Below are positions 53,472 to 63,684 of a DNA stretch of 64,000 bases, in pieces (the first letter of the stretch is position 1; each line of letters begins with the position of its first letter). Source of the DNA: Candidatus Nomurabacteria bacterium (GTDB lineage Bacteria; Patescibacteriota; Saccharimonadia; Saccharimonadales; CAIOMD01); the NCBI GenBank assembly GCA_020631975.1, contig JACKGO010000001.1, positions 3,409 to 67,408 of the forward strand, read 5' to 3'. The notes under the pieces are model-generated. The model was not told the DNA's origin and did no database searches. It saw only the letters and a list, made by a program, of their open reading frames with translations. The translations under genes and the position numbers were made by a program.

Positions 53472-54245
53472 ATGGCATATTACAGAAACACGCGTTACAC
53501 ACTTGGGCAAACGAAACCATATACAATTAGTCGTAGTAAAATAGAACTCTTTACACAGTGCCAGCGTTGTTTTTGGCTCGAGGCGAGGCTTGGTATTAAA
53601 AGACCCAGCAGTCCACCGTTCCAAATAAATAAAGCAATAGACGAACTCTTCAAAAAAGAATTTGATTTTTACCGCCAAAAACAACAACCGCACCCTATTA
53701 TGGTACAAAATAAGCTTGCAGCTGTACCATTTAAACATAAAGACGTGGTGCTATGGCAAGATACGTTTAAAGGAATCCGTACACTGCACACGGGTACTAA
53801 CCTAGAAGTGTTTGGTGGCATAGATGACGTTTGGATAGACGCAAATGAGCAGCTTATTGTGGTAGATTATAAGGCCACCGCAAAAGCCAAAGAAGTGACG
53901 CTAGACGCCGATTGGCAAAAAAGCTATAAACGCCAGCTAGAGGTATACCAATGGTTATTACGCCAAAATGGTTTTACCGTGAGTGATACGGGGTATTTTG
54001 TATACGCGAATGCTCGCTTTGATGGGGATATTTTTAACGATACACTAACCTTTACAACCAAATTAATTGCTCACACAGGTACCGATAATTGGATTGAGCC
54101 AACACTTGTACACATTAAAGAGGTACTCGAAGGCGACATGCCACCAGTTGGTGATTCTATAATGGGCGGTGAATGCGAATTTTGTGCATATGCTCGCAAG
54201 CGTACAGAACTTACGCTAGATCATTTGCAAAAATCTAAACGGTAA
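53472..54245 (+). CDS. PD-(D/E)xK nuclease with Cas4/AddB-like Cys cluster
   Basis: It has an N-terminal CxxC (CQRCFW), a core GGIDDVWID...LIVVDYKAT and a C-terminal CxxC (CEFCAY). Confidence 0.7.
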   Translation: MAYYRNTRYTLGQTKPYTISRSKIELFTQCQRCFWLEARLGIKRPSSPPFQINKAIDELFKKEFDFYRQKQQPHPIMVQNKLAAVPFKHKDVVLWQDTFKGIRTLHTGTNLEVFGGIDDVWIDANEQLIVVDYKATAKAKEVTLDADWQKSYKRQLEVYQWLLRQNGFTVSDTGYFVYANARFDGDIFNDTLTFTTKLIAHTGTDNWIEPTLVHIKEVLEGDMPPVGDSIMGGECEFCAYARKRTELTLDHLQKSKR

Positions 54246-54273
54246 GCTTGCCTAAAAGGGGTATAATAAAAGT

Positions 54274-55572
54274 ATGGTAGATATTCAGTTTATTCGCGAA
54301 AATCCTGACTTAGTAAAAGAAAAATCCAAGCAAAAGGGCTACGATATAGATATTGATGAACTACTGCGCCTTGATAGCGAACGACTTGCTTTGCTTGCAC
54401 AAGTAGAAGAATTGCGCCAAAAACGCAACGAAAACGCAGCAGCTATAAAGAAGCAAGGTAAACCAGACCAAGCAGCAATAGACACTGGCAAACAAATAAA
54501 AGTAGAACTTGCCCACCGCGAAGCTTTACTCACAGAAACTACCGAAGCCTGGGGTATCGCACACAAGCAAGTTCCTAACATGCCTTTAGAAACTGTACCA
54601 ATTGGCAACAGTGAAGACCAAAACGTGGTAGTCAAAGAAGTTGGCACCAAGCCAAATTTTGATTTTACACCCCAAAATCATGCCCACATCGCCGAAAGCA
54701 AAGGCTGGTTAGATAAAGAACGGGCTACCAAAATTGCCGGCGCGCGCTTTGTGTATATGAAGGGTGATTTAGTGCTTTTAGAATTTGCATTGTGGCAGTA
54801 TGGTCTGAGTGTTCTAACAAATAGTACACTCCTTAAGCAAATTGCTACAGATAATGCCTTATCTGTCAGTACAAAACCATTTATTCCAGTTATACCACCA
54901 GCAGTGGCTAAGCAATCTGTGTTTGAAGCTACAGGGAGGTTAAACAAGCAGGAGCAAACCTACAAAATTGAAGACGAAGATTTATGGCTTAATGCCAGTG
55001 CCGAACATACGCTATCACCAATGTATTTACACGAAATACTATCAGAAAACGAGCTACCCATTAGGTTGGTTGGCTATACGACGGCCTTCCGTCGCGAAGC
55101 AGGCACTTACGGGAAAGATACAGAAGGTATTTTTAGATTACACCAGTTTAATAAATTAGAAATGGAAAGCTTTAGCGCACCCGAAGATTCACTTAGCGAG
55201 CATCATTTCATGGTTGCTATTCAAGAATATTTGATGCAAAGCCTAGGTTTGCCGTACCGTGTCCTAGAAAAATGTACTGCTGATATTGGCCGTCCCAATG
55301 CTAAGGGGGTTGATATTGACGTATGGCTCCCAAGCCAACAGGCATACCGAGAAACTCATACTGCAGACTACTTAACAGATTACCAAGCCAGGGCAATGAA
55401 CACACGAGTGCGTCGTGCAGACGGCCATATCGAGCTTGTTCACACCAATGACGCGACAGCATTTTCACAGCGGCCACTAATAGGCATCATAGAAAACTTC
55501 CAAACTAAGCAGGGTGATGTTCGTATTCCAGATGTACTAAAGCCATTTATGAGCGGAAAGGAGCTTATATGA
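54274..55572 (+). CDS. serS: Seryl-tRNA synthetase
   Basis: It has an N-terminal coiled-coil arm and the class II motifs (FRREAGTYGKDTEGIFRLHQFNKLE). It ends with TGA. Confidence 0.95.
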   Translation: MVDIQFIRENPDLVKEKSKQKGYDIDIDELLRLDSERLALLAQVEELRQKRNENAAAIKKQGKPDQAAIDTGKQIKVELAHREALLTETTEAWGIAHKQVPNMPLETVPIGNSEDQNVVVKEVGTKPNFDFTPQNHAHIAESKGWLDKERATKIAGARFVYMKGDLVLLEFALWQYGLSVLTNSTLLKQIATDNALSVSTKPFIPVIPPAVAKQSVFEATGRLNKQEQTYKIEDEDLWLNASAEHTLSPMYLHEILSENELPIRLVGYTTAFRREAGTYGKDTEGIFRLHQFNKLEMESFSAPEDSLSEHHFMVAIQEYLMQSLGLPYRVLEKCTADIGRPNAKGVDIDVWLPSQQAYRETHTADYLTDYQARAMNTRVRRADGHIELVHTNDATAFSQRPLIGIIENFQTKQGDVRIPDVLKPFMSGKELI

Positions 55573-55946
55573 TCAAAAAAATAGAAGTAACCAGTATCCA
55601 CACGGAGACCGAACCAGAGGTAACCAAGTACGTAAAGAAAAAGATTGCCAAACTAGATAGCTATATGCCCAAACACGCCCGTAAAAGTGCCCGTGCAGAA
55701 GTCCGCTTAAAAGAAGAAAAAATTAAAACTAAAAAGCAATCGAGCTGCGAAGTCGTGCTGTATGTTCCAGGCGAAATTATCACCGCTAAAGAGACCACCG
55801 TCAATATGTACGCTGCCGTAGATATTGTAGAAGAAAAGCTCAAAAGCCAATTACGCAAGTATAAAGAGCAGACAATTATCACGAAAAAACGCGGTGATGC
55901 CAAAATTAGAAAAATGTTTGGCAAAATAGTCGGGAAAAGTCGTTAA
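55569..55946 (+). CDS. hpf: Ribosome hibernation factor HPF/RaiA (short form)
   Basis: It shows the S30AE-family pattern (YVKKKIAKLDSY...CEVVLYVPG...MYAAVDIVEEKLKSQLRKYKE). It has an ATGA overlap with serS. Confidence 0.85.
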   Translation: MIKKIEVTSIHTETEPEVTKYVKKKIAKLDSYMPKHARKSARAEVRLKEEKIKTKKQSSCEVVLYVPGEIITAKETTVNMYAAVDIVEEKLKSQLRKYKEQTIITKKRGDAKIRKMFGKIVGKSR

Positions 55947-56016
55947 AAATACGGTACAATAGACCTAGTATTTTCTGTTTTTAATTCGGGTGGTAAGAAA
56001 GGTCGTTTAGTTTTTT

Positions 56017-58605
56017 ATGAGTAATTTTATTAAGAAAGTCCTTGGCGATAATCAAAACGGCGCGCTCCGACGCATGCGGCGCAAAGTAAAAGAGATTAAC
56101 AAGCTAGAGGATACATACAAGGCAATGCCAAAGAAAACATTGGCAGAGCAAACACAGGTTTTGCAAAAGCGGGCAGAAAAAGAATCGCTTGATAAAATTT
56201 TGCCAGACGCCTTTGCCGTTGTCAGGGAAGCCGCTCGTCGTATTCTAAAACAGCGCCACTTTGACGTGCAGCTTATTGGTGGCATAACGCTCCATGACGG
56301 TAACGTCGCAGAAATGAAGACTGGTGAAGGTAAGACATTAGTAGCGACTGCGCCAGTATATTTAAACGCACTCACTAAAAAAGGTGTGCATGTAGTAACG
56401 GTAAACGATTACTTAGCACGACGCGACGCCGGTTGGATGGGTGAGATTTATCATTTCTTAGGCTTGTCTACGGCTGTTATTATCCCTGATGAATCGTATA
56501 TTTATGATCCAGAATACACCAACGAAGATCATACCGACCCACGCTTTCAACACCTGCGTCCATGCACTCGCCAAGAAGCCTACCAAGCCGATATCACCTA
56601 TGGCACAAACAACGAATTTGGTTTTGATTATTTACGCGACAACATGGTAAAAGAAACCAACCAGTTACGCCAACGGGAACTTAATTTTGCCATCGTAGAC
56701 GAAGTAGACTCAATTTTAATTGATGAAGCGCGAACGCCACTTATTATTAGCGCACCAAGCACGACAAGTGGGCAATCGTACACGCAATTCGCCCGCGTTG
56801 TTGCCCAGCTAAAGCCAGAGCACTACGTTGTAGATGAAAAAGAAAAACAGGTAGTACTCACCGATAAAGGTATAGAAAAAGTAGAGAAACTACTGGGCAT
56901 AAAAAACCTATACATCGGTGATAACATACGTACGTTGTATCACCTCGAACAAGCGTTGCGTGCCCAAACGCTATTCTTGCGCGACAAAGATTACGTTGTC
57001 ACTAAAGACGGCGAAGTTGTGATTGTAGATGATTTTACCGGCCGTTTACTGAAAGGTCGCCGCTATAACGAAGGCCTCCACCAAGCTATCGAAGCAAAAG
57101 AAAGTGTTACTGTTCAAGAAGAATCTATGACGCTTGCCACGATATCGTTCCAAAATTACTTCCGTTTATACAACAAATTGTCTGGTATGACTGGTACGGC
57201 AGCTACCGAAGCAGAAGAATTTCATCAGATATACAAGCTAGAAGTTATTAGCATCCCAACCAATAAAAAGAACATCAGAAAAGATTTACCAGATCGTATA
57301 TATAAGACAAAAGAGGCCAAAACACGGGCAATTATTAAAGAAGTTCAACGCTTGCATAAAAAAGGCCAACCAGTACTTATTGGTACCGTTGCCATAGAAA
57401 ATAACGAAGAAATTAGCGCAGCCCTAAATAAAGCTAAAATCCCACACCAAGTACTTAATGCTAAAAATAATGAAAGCGAAGCTCAAATTGTAGCCAAAGC
57501 TGGCCATGTTGGTGCGGTAACGCTCGCAACCAACATTGCAGGTCGTGGTACAGACATCGTCTTAGGTGACGGTGTGCGTGAACTTGGTGGTTTGTTTGTG
57601 CTTGGTTCTGAACGCCACGAATCACGCCGCATAGATAACCAGCTGCGTGGCCGTACTGGTCGCCAAGGTGACCCTGGGGCTACACAATTTTATGTCAGCA
57701 CAGAAGACGATCTTATGCGCGTCTTTGGTGGTGATAAAATCCGCAGTCTTATGGAGCGGCTCAAGGTAGACGAAGACATGCCACTAGAAAACAGGGTTGT
57801 CAGTAAAAGCTTAGAAAATGCACAAAAGAAAGTAGAAGGCTTTAACTTTGATATTCGTAAAAACGTGGTTAAGTATGACGATGTCATGAACAGGCATCGT
57901 AAAGTTACCTACGAAACGCGCCGTGCATTGTTAGAAAACGCGAACATCGCAGACAGAATAGCCAAATTTATCCACGAAGAATCAGTGAATTTGGCCAGTT
58001 TGCCAGGCCAAGACGACGAATACGAAAAACTCATTACTGATGTATTTCCGTTTGACGATGAAACGCTAGATAGATTGTTTGATGCTCCAGCTGATAAGTT
58101 CGCCCAAGTGCTCGAGCAAGAGGCCACCGAACTGTATAACGCACGGGTGACAGCATTTACACCAGACGTTATGCGCGTGGTCGAGCGTGATATTTATTTC
58201 CAGACGCTAGACAACATGTGGATGCAACATCTAGAAACGATGGAACATTTACGCCAAGGTATTGGCTGGACGAGTGTTGGGCAACGCGATCCGTTGGTAG
58301 AATACCGTAAACGCGCACAAGCAATTTTTGAAACAATGCAAAATAGTTTGCGTCGTGAGGTTATCCGTAATGTCATGCATGCCATGCCACTCGGTTATAG
58401 TGCAGAACACGCTCAAATGCATGAAACAGAGCTTACCCGCGCCGCCCGCCAATCGGTAGATAACGCCGACAGTATTACAGAGGCAGAAATCATTACACAA
58501 GCCGACTTTAAACCCATAAAAGCGCAACCAAAGGGCACCAGCACAAAGAAAAAACGTGCAGCTCGTAAAGTACAACGTAAAAATCGCAAAAAGAGCCGAC
58601 GTTAA
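56017..58605 (+). CDS. secA: Preprotein translocase ATPase SecA
   Basis: It has MKTGEGKTLVAT (Walker A), DEVDSILIDEARTPLIIS and TNIAGRGTDI. Confidence 0.97.
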   Translation: MSNFIKKVLGDNQNGALRRMRRKVKEINKLEDTYKAMPKKTLAEQTQVLQKRAEKESLDKILPDAFAVVREAARRILKQRHFDVQLIGGITLHDGNVAEMKTGEGKTLVATAPVYLNALTKKGVHVVTVNDYLARRDAGWMGEIYHFLGLSTAVIIPDESYIYDPEYTNEDHTDPRFQHLRPCTRQEAYQADITYGTNNEFGFDYLRDNMVKETNQLRQRELNFAIVDEVDSILIDEARTPLIISAPSTTSGQSYTQFARVVAQLKPEHYVVDEKEKQVVLTDKGIEKVEKLLGIKNLYIGDNIRTLYHLEQALRAQTLFLRDKDYVVTKDGEVVIVDDFTGRLLKGRRYNEGLHQAIEAKESVTVQEESMTLATISFQNYFRLYNKLSGMTGTAATEAEEFHQIYKLEVISIPTNKKNIRKDLPDRIYKTKEAKTRAIIKEVQRLHKKGQPVLIGTVAIENNEEISAALNKAKIPHQVLNAKNNESEAQIVAKAGHVGAVTLATNIAGRGTDIVLGDGVRELGGLFVLGSERHESRRIDNQLRGRTGRQGDPGATQFYVSTEDDLMRVFGGDKIRSLMERLKVDEDMPLENRVVSKSLENAQKKVEGFNFDIRKNVVKYDDVMNRHRKVTYETRRALLENANIADRIAKFIHEESVNLASLPGQDDEYEKLITDVFPFDDETLDRLFDAPADKFAQVLEQEATELYNARVTAFTPDVMRVVERDIYFQTLDNMWMQHLETMEHLRQGIGWTSVGQRDPLVEYRKRAQAIFETMQNSLRREVIRNVMHAMPLGYSAEHAQMHETELTRAARQSVDNADSITEAEIITQADFKPIKAQPKGTSTKKKRAARKVQRKNRKKSRR

Positions 58606-59885
58606 TGCAGCATAACGTTCGGCACGTTACGCTTAAAAATGGCGCAGAAGGCTTATATATTGATATGCCGGGCGCAGGTGTGGTGGCTATAGATATTGTG
58701 TTTCGGGCAGGTGATTATTTATCACCAGCTGGCAAAACAGATACAGCCCACGTGATGGAACATTTAGTACTTGGCGCGAACAAAAAATATCCGAGTTCCA
58801 AAGAATATAGCAGAGAATTTAGTAAATACGGTGCGTATAACAATGCCTATACGGGTGATTACCACATGGGGTACGAAGCCGAATGCGAAGCCAGCGAAGC
58901 CGCTCGTATTACCGATTTGCTCTGTGATGCAATAGAAGCACCATTATTTACGCAGACAGATTTTATCGCAGAAATTGGCAATGTCCGCGAAGAACTCAAA
59001 ATGCGCCGTAATAATGATGACGTAGAACTTAGTTTGATGCTCGAGGATGCAATGGGGTTTGTACCCAAAAGTTTTAAGCAGCGTGAATCTGAACTATCTG
59101 CAATTACCTTGGCAGATGTGCATGCTCACTATAAAAAAACCCACACGTCTAGTAATATGCGCTTTGTCATTGCTGGTCCCATGGATCACCTACAAAAACC
59201 TATAACTGAGCGGCTAGCATCAATAGCCTTGCCAAAAGGCACCGGCTATATAGAGCTTCCTGACGAACAGCCAAAACAGCTAAAAAGCCCACTCCTTGTA
59301 CGTAATGCTAATTTAGATAATCTTTGCTACAGATGGGAAGCAGTGCTGCCTATGTTTAGTAGCCTTGTACAGCGTGATAGCCTTAGTGCTTTGCAGGAAC
59401 TATTATTTAACGGCATTCATTCACGCGTGTTTGGCGACCTACGCGAAAAGGGCCTAGTCTATGGTATTTTTGGGAGTAATTACGAAACAAAACATAACGT
59501 TGTAAATGTAATTAGCGGGCAAGTGCAAACAGCTAACATCGCAGACGTTTTTGAAATTTTGCACAAAGAAATCGCTACAATTGCCAACAATGGTCTGCCA
59601 GAAAAAGAAGTACAAGACCTTAGAAAACGTGCCTACGGCGAGGTCCAGCGCTACAACCAAACTGCCAGCCAACTAAGTGGCTGGTATAGGCAGCCGTTTA
59701 TCACCCGTAACGAAATTATCTATTTTGATGCGTTTGCAGAGCGCTTAGAGCATGTTACAAGCAGCAGTATTCAAGCCATTGCCCAGGCCATTTTAGAGGC
59801 ACCTATTGATGGGCTTGGCATTATGCATAATGATACAGAAGTGCCTGATGCACGCCAGTTATTTGCCAAACTAAAACAAGGGTAA
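58605..59885 (+). CDS. M16-family zinc peptidase (pitrilysin-like)
   Basis: It has the inverted zinc motif HxxEH (AHVMEHL). It has a TAATG overlap with secA. Confidence 0.8.
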   Translation: MQHNVRHVTLKNGAEGLYIDMPGAGVVAIDIVFRAGDYLSPAGKTDTAHVMEHLVLGANKKYPSSKEYSREFSKYGAYNNAYTGDYHMGYEAECEASEAARITDLLCDAIEAPLFTQTDFIAEIGNVREELKMRRNNDDVELSLMLEDAMGFVPKSFKQRESELSAITLADVHAHYKKTHTSSNMRFVIAGPMDHLQKPITERLASIALPKGTGYIELPDEQPKQLKSPLLVRNANLDNLCYRWEAVLPMFSSLVQRDSLSALQELLFNGIHSRVFGDLREKGLVYGIFGSNYETKHNVVNVISGQVQTANIADVFEILHKEIATIANNGLPEKEVQDLRKRAYGEVQRYNQTASQLSGWYRQPFITRNEIIYFDAFAERLEHVTSSSIQAIAQAILEAPIDGLGIMHNDTEVPDARQLFAKLKQG

Positions 59886-59894
59886 AAACTAAAC

Positions 59895-60986
59895 ATGAAC
59901 GGCACAGAACTACAAACCGTACTAACAGACCTCCAAACGCAAGTTTCTGCCGACATGCAACGATTAGACATAGCGTCCGCCGAAGCTTTAATATCAACCA
60001 TCACTACTGCCCAGCAATCGCCAGATTTTTGGCAAGATGCACAAGCAGCGCAAGCCAGTATGCAGCAACTCAGCAAACTGAACCAAAAAGTACAGCCGTG
60101 GCAGGCACTTGCTGGCACAATAGCAGACACGTTAGAGCTGTTAGCATTGCAAGATGATGCGTTGCTACCAGAAATTACCAAAACAGTAGAGATCCTTCAA
60201 GTAGAATACGCAGCATGTAAAAAACTTGCACAGTACAATGGCCCATACGATGACCACGATGCTATAATCACATTGTACTCAGGGGCGGGTGGCACCGATG
60301 CGCAAGATTGGGCGCAAATGCTGCTGCGTATGTACACCCGTTGGGCAGAACAAAATAAGTATACGGTTAGCTTGCTCCAAGAATCGCCCGGCGAAGAAGC
60401 TGGAATAAAAAGTGCAACCTTACAAATACGTGGAGCATTGGCGTACGGAAAGCTAAAAGGCGAACATGGTGTACATCGTTTGGTGCGCTTAAGCCCCTTT
60501 AATGCCGATAATTTGCGCCAAACGAGTTTTGCCAAGGTAGACGTACTGCCAAAAATAGATGCTCCAGAAGAAGTTGCTATAGACGAAAAAGACTTAAAAG
60601 TAGATGTCTATAGGGCAGGAGGCCATGGTGGGCAAAGTGTTAATACAACAGATAGTGCTGTTCGTATCACGCACCTACCAACAGGCATAACGGTGGCTAT
60701 TCAAAATGAACGATCACAGTTGCAAAATAAAGAAACAGCCCTGACGATTGTGCGTTCGCGTTTGGCGCAACTACAGCTCGAACAACACACCCAAGACATC
60801 GCCAAACTAAAAGGTCCAAACGAACAAGCCGCCTGGGGCAACCAAATACGTAATTATGTGCTACATCCTTACAGTATGGTAAAAGACACCCGTACCAAAT
60901 ACGAAACGTCAGATGTCCAAGGTGTTTTAGACGGCTCTATAAACAGTCTTATAGAAGCGTACGCAGAGTATGCCATCAGTAGTTAA
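59895..60986 (+). CDS. prfB: Peptide chain release factor 2 (uninterrupted ORF, no +1 frameshift site)
   Basis: It has the SPF tripeptide (RLSPFNA) and the GGQ motif ([20 protein letters not shown]). Confidence 0.95.
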   Translation: MNGTELQTVLTDLQTQVSADMQRLDIASAEALISTITTAQQSPDFWQDAQAAQASMQQLSKLNQKVQPWQALAGTIADTLELLALQDDALLPEITKTVEILQVEYAACKKLAQYNGPYDDHDAIITLYSGAGGTDAQDWAQMLLRMYTRWAEQNKYTVSLLQESPGEEAGIKSATLQIRGALAYGKLKGEHGVHRLVRLSPFNADNLRQTSFAKVDVLPKIDAPEEVAIDEKDLKVDVYRAGGHGGQSVNTTDSAVRITHLPTGITVAIQNERSQLQNKETALTIVRSRLAQLQLEQHTQDIAKLKGPNEQAAWGNQIRNYVLHPYSMVKDTRTKYETSDVQGVLDGSINSLIEAYAEYAISS

Positions 60987-61045
60987 ACATAAATTAACTA
61001 TATGTAGAGAACTATCTGTTACGATTTTACTAAGTATGCTGTTTC

Positions 61046-61492
61046 TTATGCGTTAATTAACTCGGCTGACTCAGGTGTGTCAACTTTAGTTAAATCAATA
61101 ACCGGTTCTTCGGGTGCAGTATCCGGACGTAGGGGTACTTGTGGTGGTACAATAGGCTCTTCACTACTTGCTCCACTGAAAGTGAGGCCTTCTACGAGCT
61201 CAGCGAGGGCCGTGATTGCCATTCCGTGTATAATTCTTAACCTATTAATTTCACTCGTTTTTTCTCCTATACGCCCAATCTCACTAGTAGGGTTTTTCGG
61301 TGCAGAACTTACAAGACTACCGTATTCTCGGGCGCTTTGTTCAGCTCTGCGGAGGGCTTCTTCATATTCGGCTCGAGAATCTTCATTTAAATTACCCAAC
61401 TGTACTTCGCTTAAGTAGAATTTCCCCATACCAATAATCGGATCTCCGCCATCTCGGGCAGGGTGGGGGTGTGTATTAAAGCGCTCGCTCAT
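61046..61492 (-). CDS. Hypothetical protein (148 aa)
   Basis: The ORF sits behind a promoter and leader of the island-type family (61493-61569, minus strand). Confidence 0.55.
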   Translation of the reverse strand: MSERFNTHPHPARDGGDPIIGMGKFYLSEVQLGNLNEDSRAEYEEALRRAEQSAREYGSLVSSAPKNPTSEIGRIGEKTSEINRLRIIHGMAITALAELVEGLTFSGASSEEPIVPPQVPLRPDTAPEEPVIDLTKVDTPESAELINA

Positions 61493-61540
61493 ATTTATTT
61501 TTTGTCCTATTTTTTTGTTAATTTTTGTCAGTATAAACTT

Positions 61541-61569
61541 AATGTATCATACTTATGCTAAATTGTCAA
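61541..61569 (-). promoter_or_regulatory. Sigma70-type promoter (TTGACA, 17-nt spacer, TACATT) followed by the ACTGACAAA leader box
   Basis: The minus strand reads ttgacaatttagcataagtatgatacatt...actgacaaaaattaacaaaaaaataggacaaaaaataaatATG. Confidence 0.55.
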
Positions 61570-61700
61570 AATTACACTATACTACATTGTACAACATAGA
61601 AGTGGCTATGCAACCAAAACATACACCACCTGTAGTGTTTTTTAAAGAGAAATATTTCATATAAATGAGTGGCTTTATGTTGTATACTTACTAAATTACC

Positions 61701-62660
61701 ATGACTAAATACGCTATCACTGTAAAAAAGCTTAAAAAAGCCTATAAAGATAATGAGGTCTTAAAAGGTGTCGATTTACAGGTAGAGCACGGCACGATGC
61801 TGGCGCTACTTGGGCCAAATGGTGCAGGTAAAACGACCACAGTAAAAATCCTAAGTACTTTACTTAATTCTGATGAAGGACAGGTTACTGTAGGTGGTTT
61901 TGATGTTAAGCGCCAGCCAGACAAAGTACGTGGTGTAATAGGTTTAACCGGTCAATCTGCAGCAGTAGACGAATTATTAACAGGTAAAGAGAATCTTGTA
62001 ATGATGGGTCGTTTATACCGGCTCACTAAGCAGAGTGCAATTGCGCGTGCAGATGAACTACTACAAGATTTTGACTTGGTAGAGGCAGCTAACCGGCCAG
62101 CCAAAACATATTCTGGTGGTATGCGTCGGCGCTTAGATTTAGCCGTTAGCCTTATTGCAACGCCACCGATAATATTTTTGGATGAACCTACAACGGGGCT
62201 TGATCCACGATCACGCATTGCTATGTGGAATATCATTACAGAACTTAAAAAGCAGGGTACAACTATACTGCTGACAACACAATATTTAGAAGAAGCCGAC
62301 CAACTAGCAGACCAGATTGCGGTCATAGATGGTGGTAAGGTTATTGCTAAAGGTACGTCAGCGGAGCTAAAAAAGGCAATTGGTAATGACCGATTAGTGC
62401 TTACATTTACACAAAGTAACTATGTAAAAGCCAAAAAGCAGTTTGTTAGCGAAAAGACTATGCAACATAATGATGAAGACCATGCGTTATCATTTGCGTT
62501 AAAAAACACGACCAAAGATACTTCTGTTATATTACAGACTTTGCAAAAAGCAGATATTACAGTTGCAGCTATGGATATTCATAAACCAACGCTTGACGAC
62601 GTCTTTTTGAGCCTCACTGGTAAAAAACAAGCAAAATCTACAGATAAGGAGCAGAAGTAA
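61701..62660 (+). CDS. ABC transporter ATP-binding protein (DrrA-like, ABC-2 exporter)
   Basis: It has Walker A GPNGAGKTT, the signature YSGGMRRR and Walker B IIFLDEPTTGLD. Confidence 0.95.
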   Translation: MTKYAITVKKLKKAYKDNEVLKGVDLQVEHGTMLALLGPNGAGKTTTVKILSTLLNSDEGQVTVGGFDVKRQPDKVRGVIGLTGQSAAVDELLTGKENLVMMGRLYRLTKQSAIARADELLQDFDLVEAANRPAKTYSGGMRRRLDLAVSLIATPPIIFLDEPTTGLDPRSRIAMWNIITELKKQGTTILLTTQYLEEADQLADQIAVIDGGKVIAKGTSAELKKAIGNDRLVLTFTQSNYVKAKKQFVSEKTMQHNDEDHALSFALKNTTKDTSVILQTLQKADITVAAMDIHKPTLDDVFLSLTGKKQAKSTDKEQK

Positions 62661-63472
62661 TGGCACGTACACAGCTCCAGTTTGAGCAAAAACCCGCCTG
62701 GGTAATGTCATTTGTCGATTCATTGGTAATGATTAAGCGTAGTAGCACGCACATAGTGCGTAATACCGATCAGCTACTGGGCACGTTCTTTCAGCCAATT
62801 ATGTTCTTGGTGTTATTTTCTGCAGTTTTTGGCGGAGCAATATCGCTCGCTTTACCAGAAGGCGTAAGTTACCTAAGCTTTTTAATGGCAGGTATTATTG
62901 TGCAAACAGTTGCTTTTGGTTCTACCACTACAGCAGTAGCAATCACGAACGATTTACAAAAAGGTATTGTAGATAGATTCCGTTCACTGCCTATGGCAAA
63001 CAGCGCGGTGTTAAATGGCCACGTGGTGTCAGATGTATTTCGTAACGGTATATCTACAGCAGTTATGTTAGTTGCTGGCCTGGCACTCGGCTTTAGAAGC
63101 AGCGCATCGCTGCTCGATTGGTTACTTATTGCAGGCATACTACTGCTGTTTACGCTAAGCTTTTCTTGGCTAATGGCAATTGTTGGTGTGCTTGCAAAAA
63201 GCGTAGAAGGCGTACAATGGTTAAGCTTTGTCATTATATTTCCGCTTACATTCGCTAGTAGCGCGTTTGTACCAACAGAAGGCATGAACCAATATTTAAA
63301 GGTATTTGCAGAAAACCAACCTATATCGCAAGTAATAGAGGCGGTGCGTGCACTGATGCTTGGCACGCCAATGGGCGACCATTTGTTCTGGGCAGTATTT
63401 TGGTGTGTACTTATGTTGGTGATAGCAGTTCCAATTGCTATCAATCTATTCAAAAAGAAAACCAACAATTAA
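62660..63472 (+). CDS. ABC-2 type transporter permease
   Basis: It is a six-helix membrane protein with a TAATG overlap with the ATPase gene. Confidence 0.9.
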   Translation: MARTQLQFEQKPAWVMSFVDSLVMIKRSSTHIVRNTDQLLGTFFQPIMFLVLFSAVFGGAISLALPEGVSYLSFLMAGIIVQTVAFGSTTTAVAITNDLQKGIVDRFRSLPMANSAVLNGHVVSDVFRNGISTAVMLVAGLALGFRSSASLLDWLLIAGILLLFTLSFSWLMAIVGVLAKSVEGVQWLSFVIIFPLTFASSAFVPTEGMNQYLKVFAENQPISQVIEAVRALMLGTPMGDHLFWAVFWCVLMLVIAVPIAINLFKKKTNN

Positions 63473-63684
63473 AGACATATGGTTGAGTTAGAGAAAATTG
63501 ATATTGATGAGGGCGCGCGGTTGGGCACAATGTGGTTGAATGCGCCGCGCTTTTATTTAAGCAGCACTAGCAAAAAGGCAAGGCTCTGGCACTAGAGAAC
63601 TTACGTGAGCAGGTACATAAAGAATTACCATCAAACACCAGCCTCTAACATGTATGGCGTAAATTTGGTATAATTACCATAAGA

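Noticed and set aside
55569-60986. An alternative genetic code (UGA recoding), as in some CPR lineages.
   Set aside because: serS terminates at TGA (55570-55572) with a sensible C-terminus, and an intact RF2 with SPF and GGQ motifs is encoded. The standard code 11 fits all ORFs.
63512-63558. A terminator after the ABC-2 operon (gcgcgg...ccgcgc followed by ttttattt), and a 38-aa ORF at 63479-63595.
   Set aside because: The stem is only 6 bp with a ~24-nt loop, and the ORF has no SD. The evidence is too weak to list as features.
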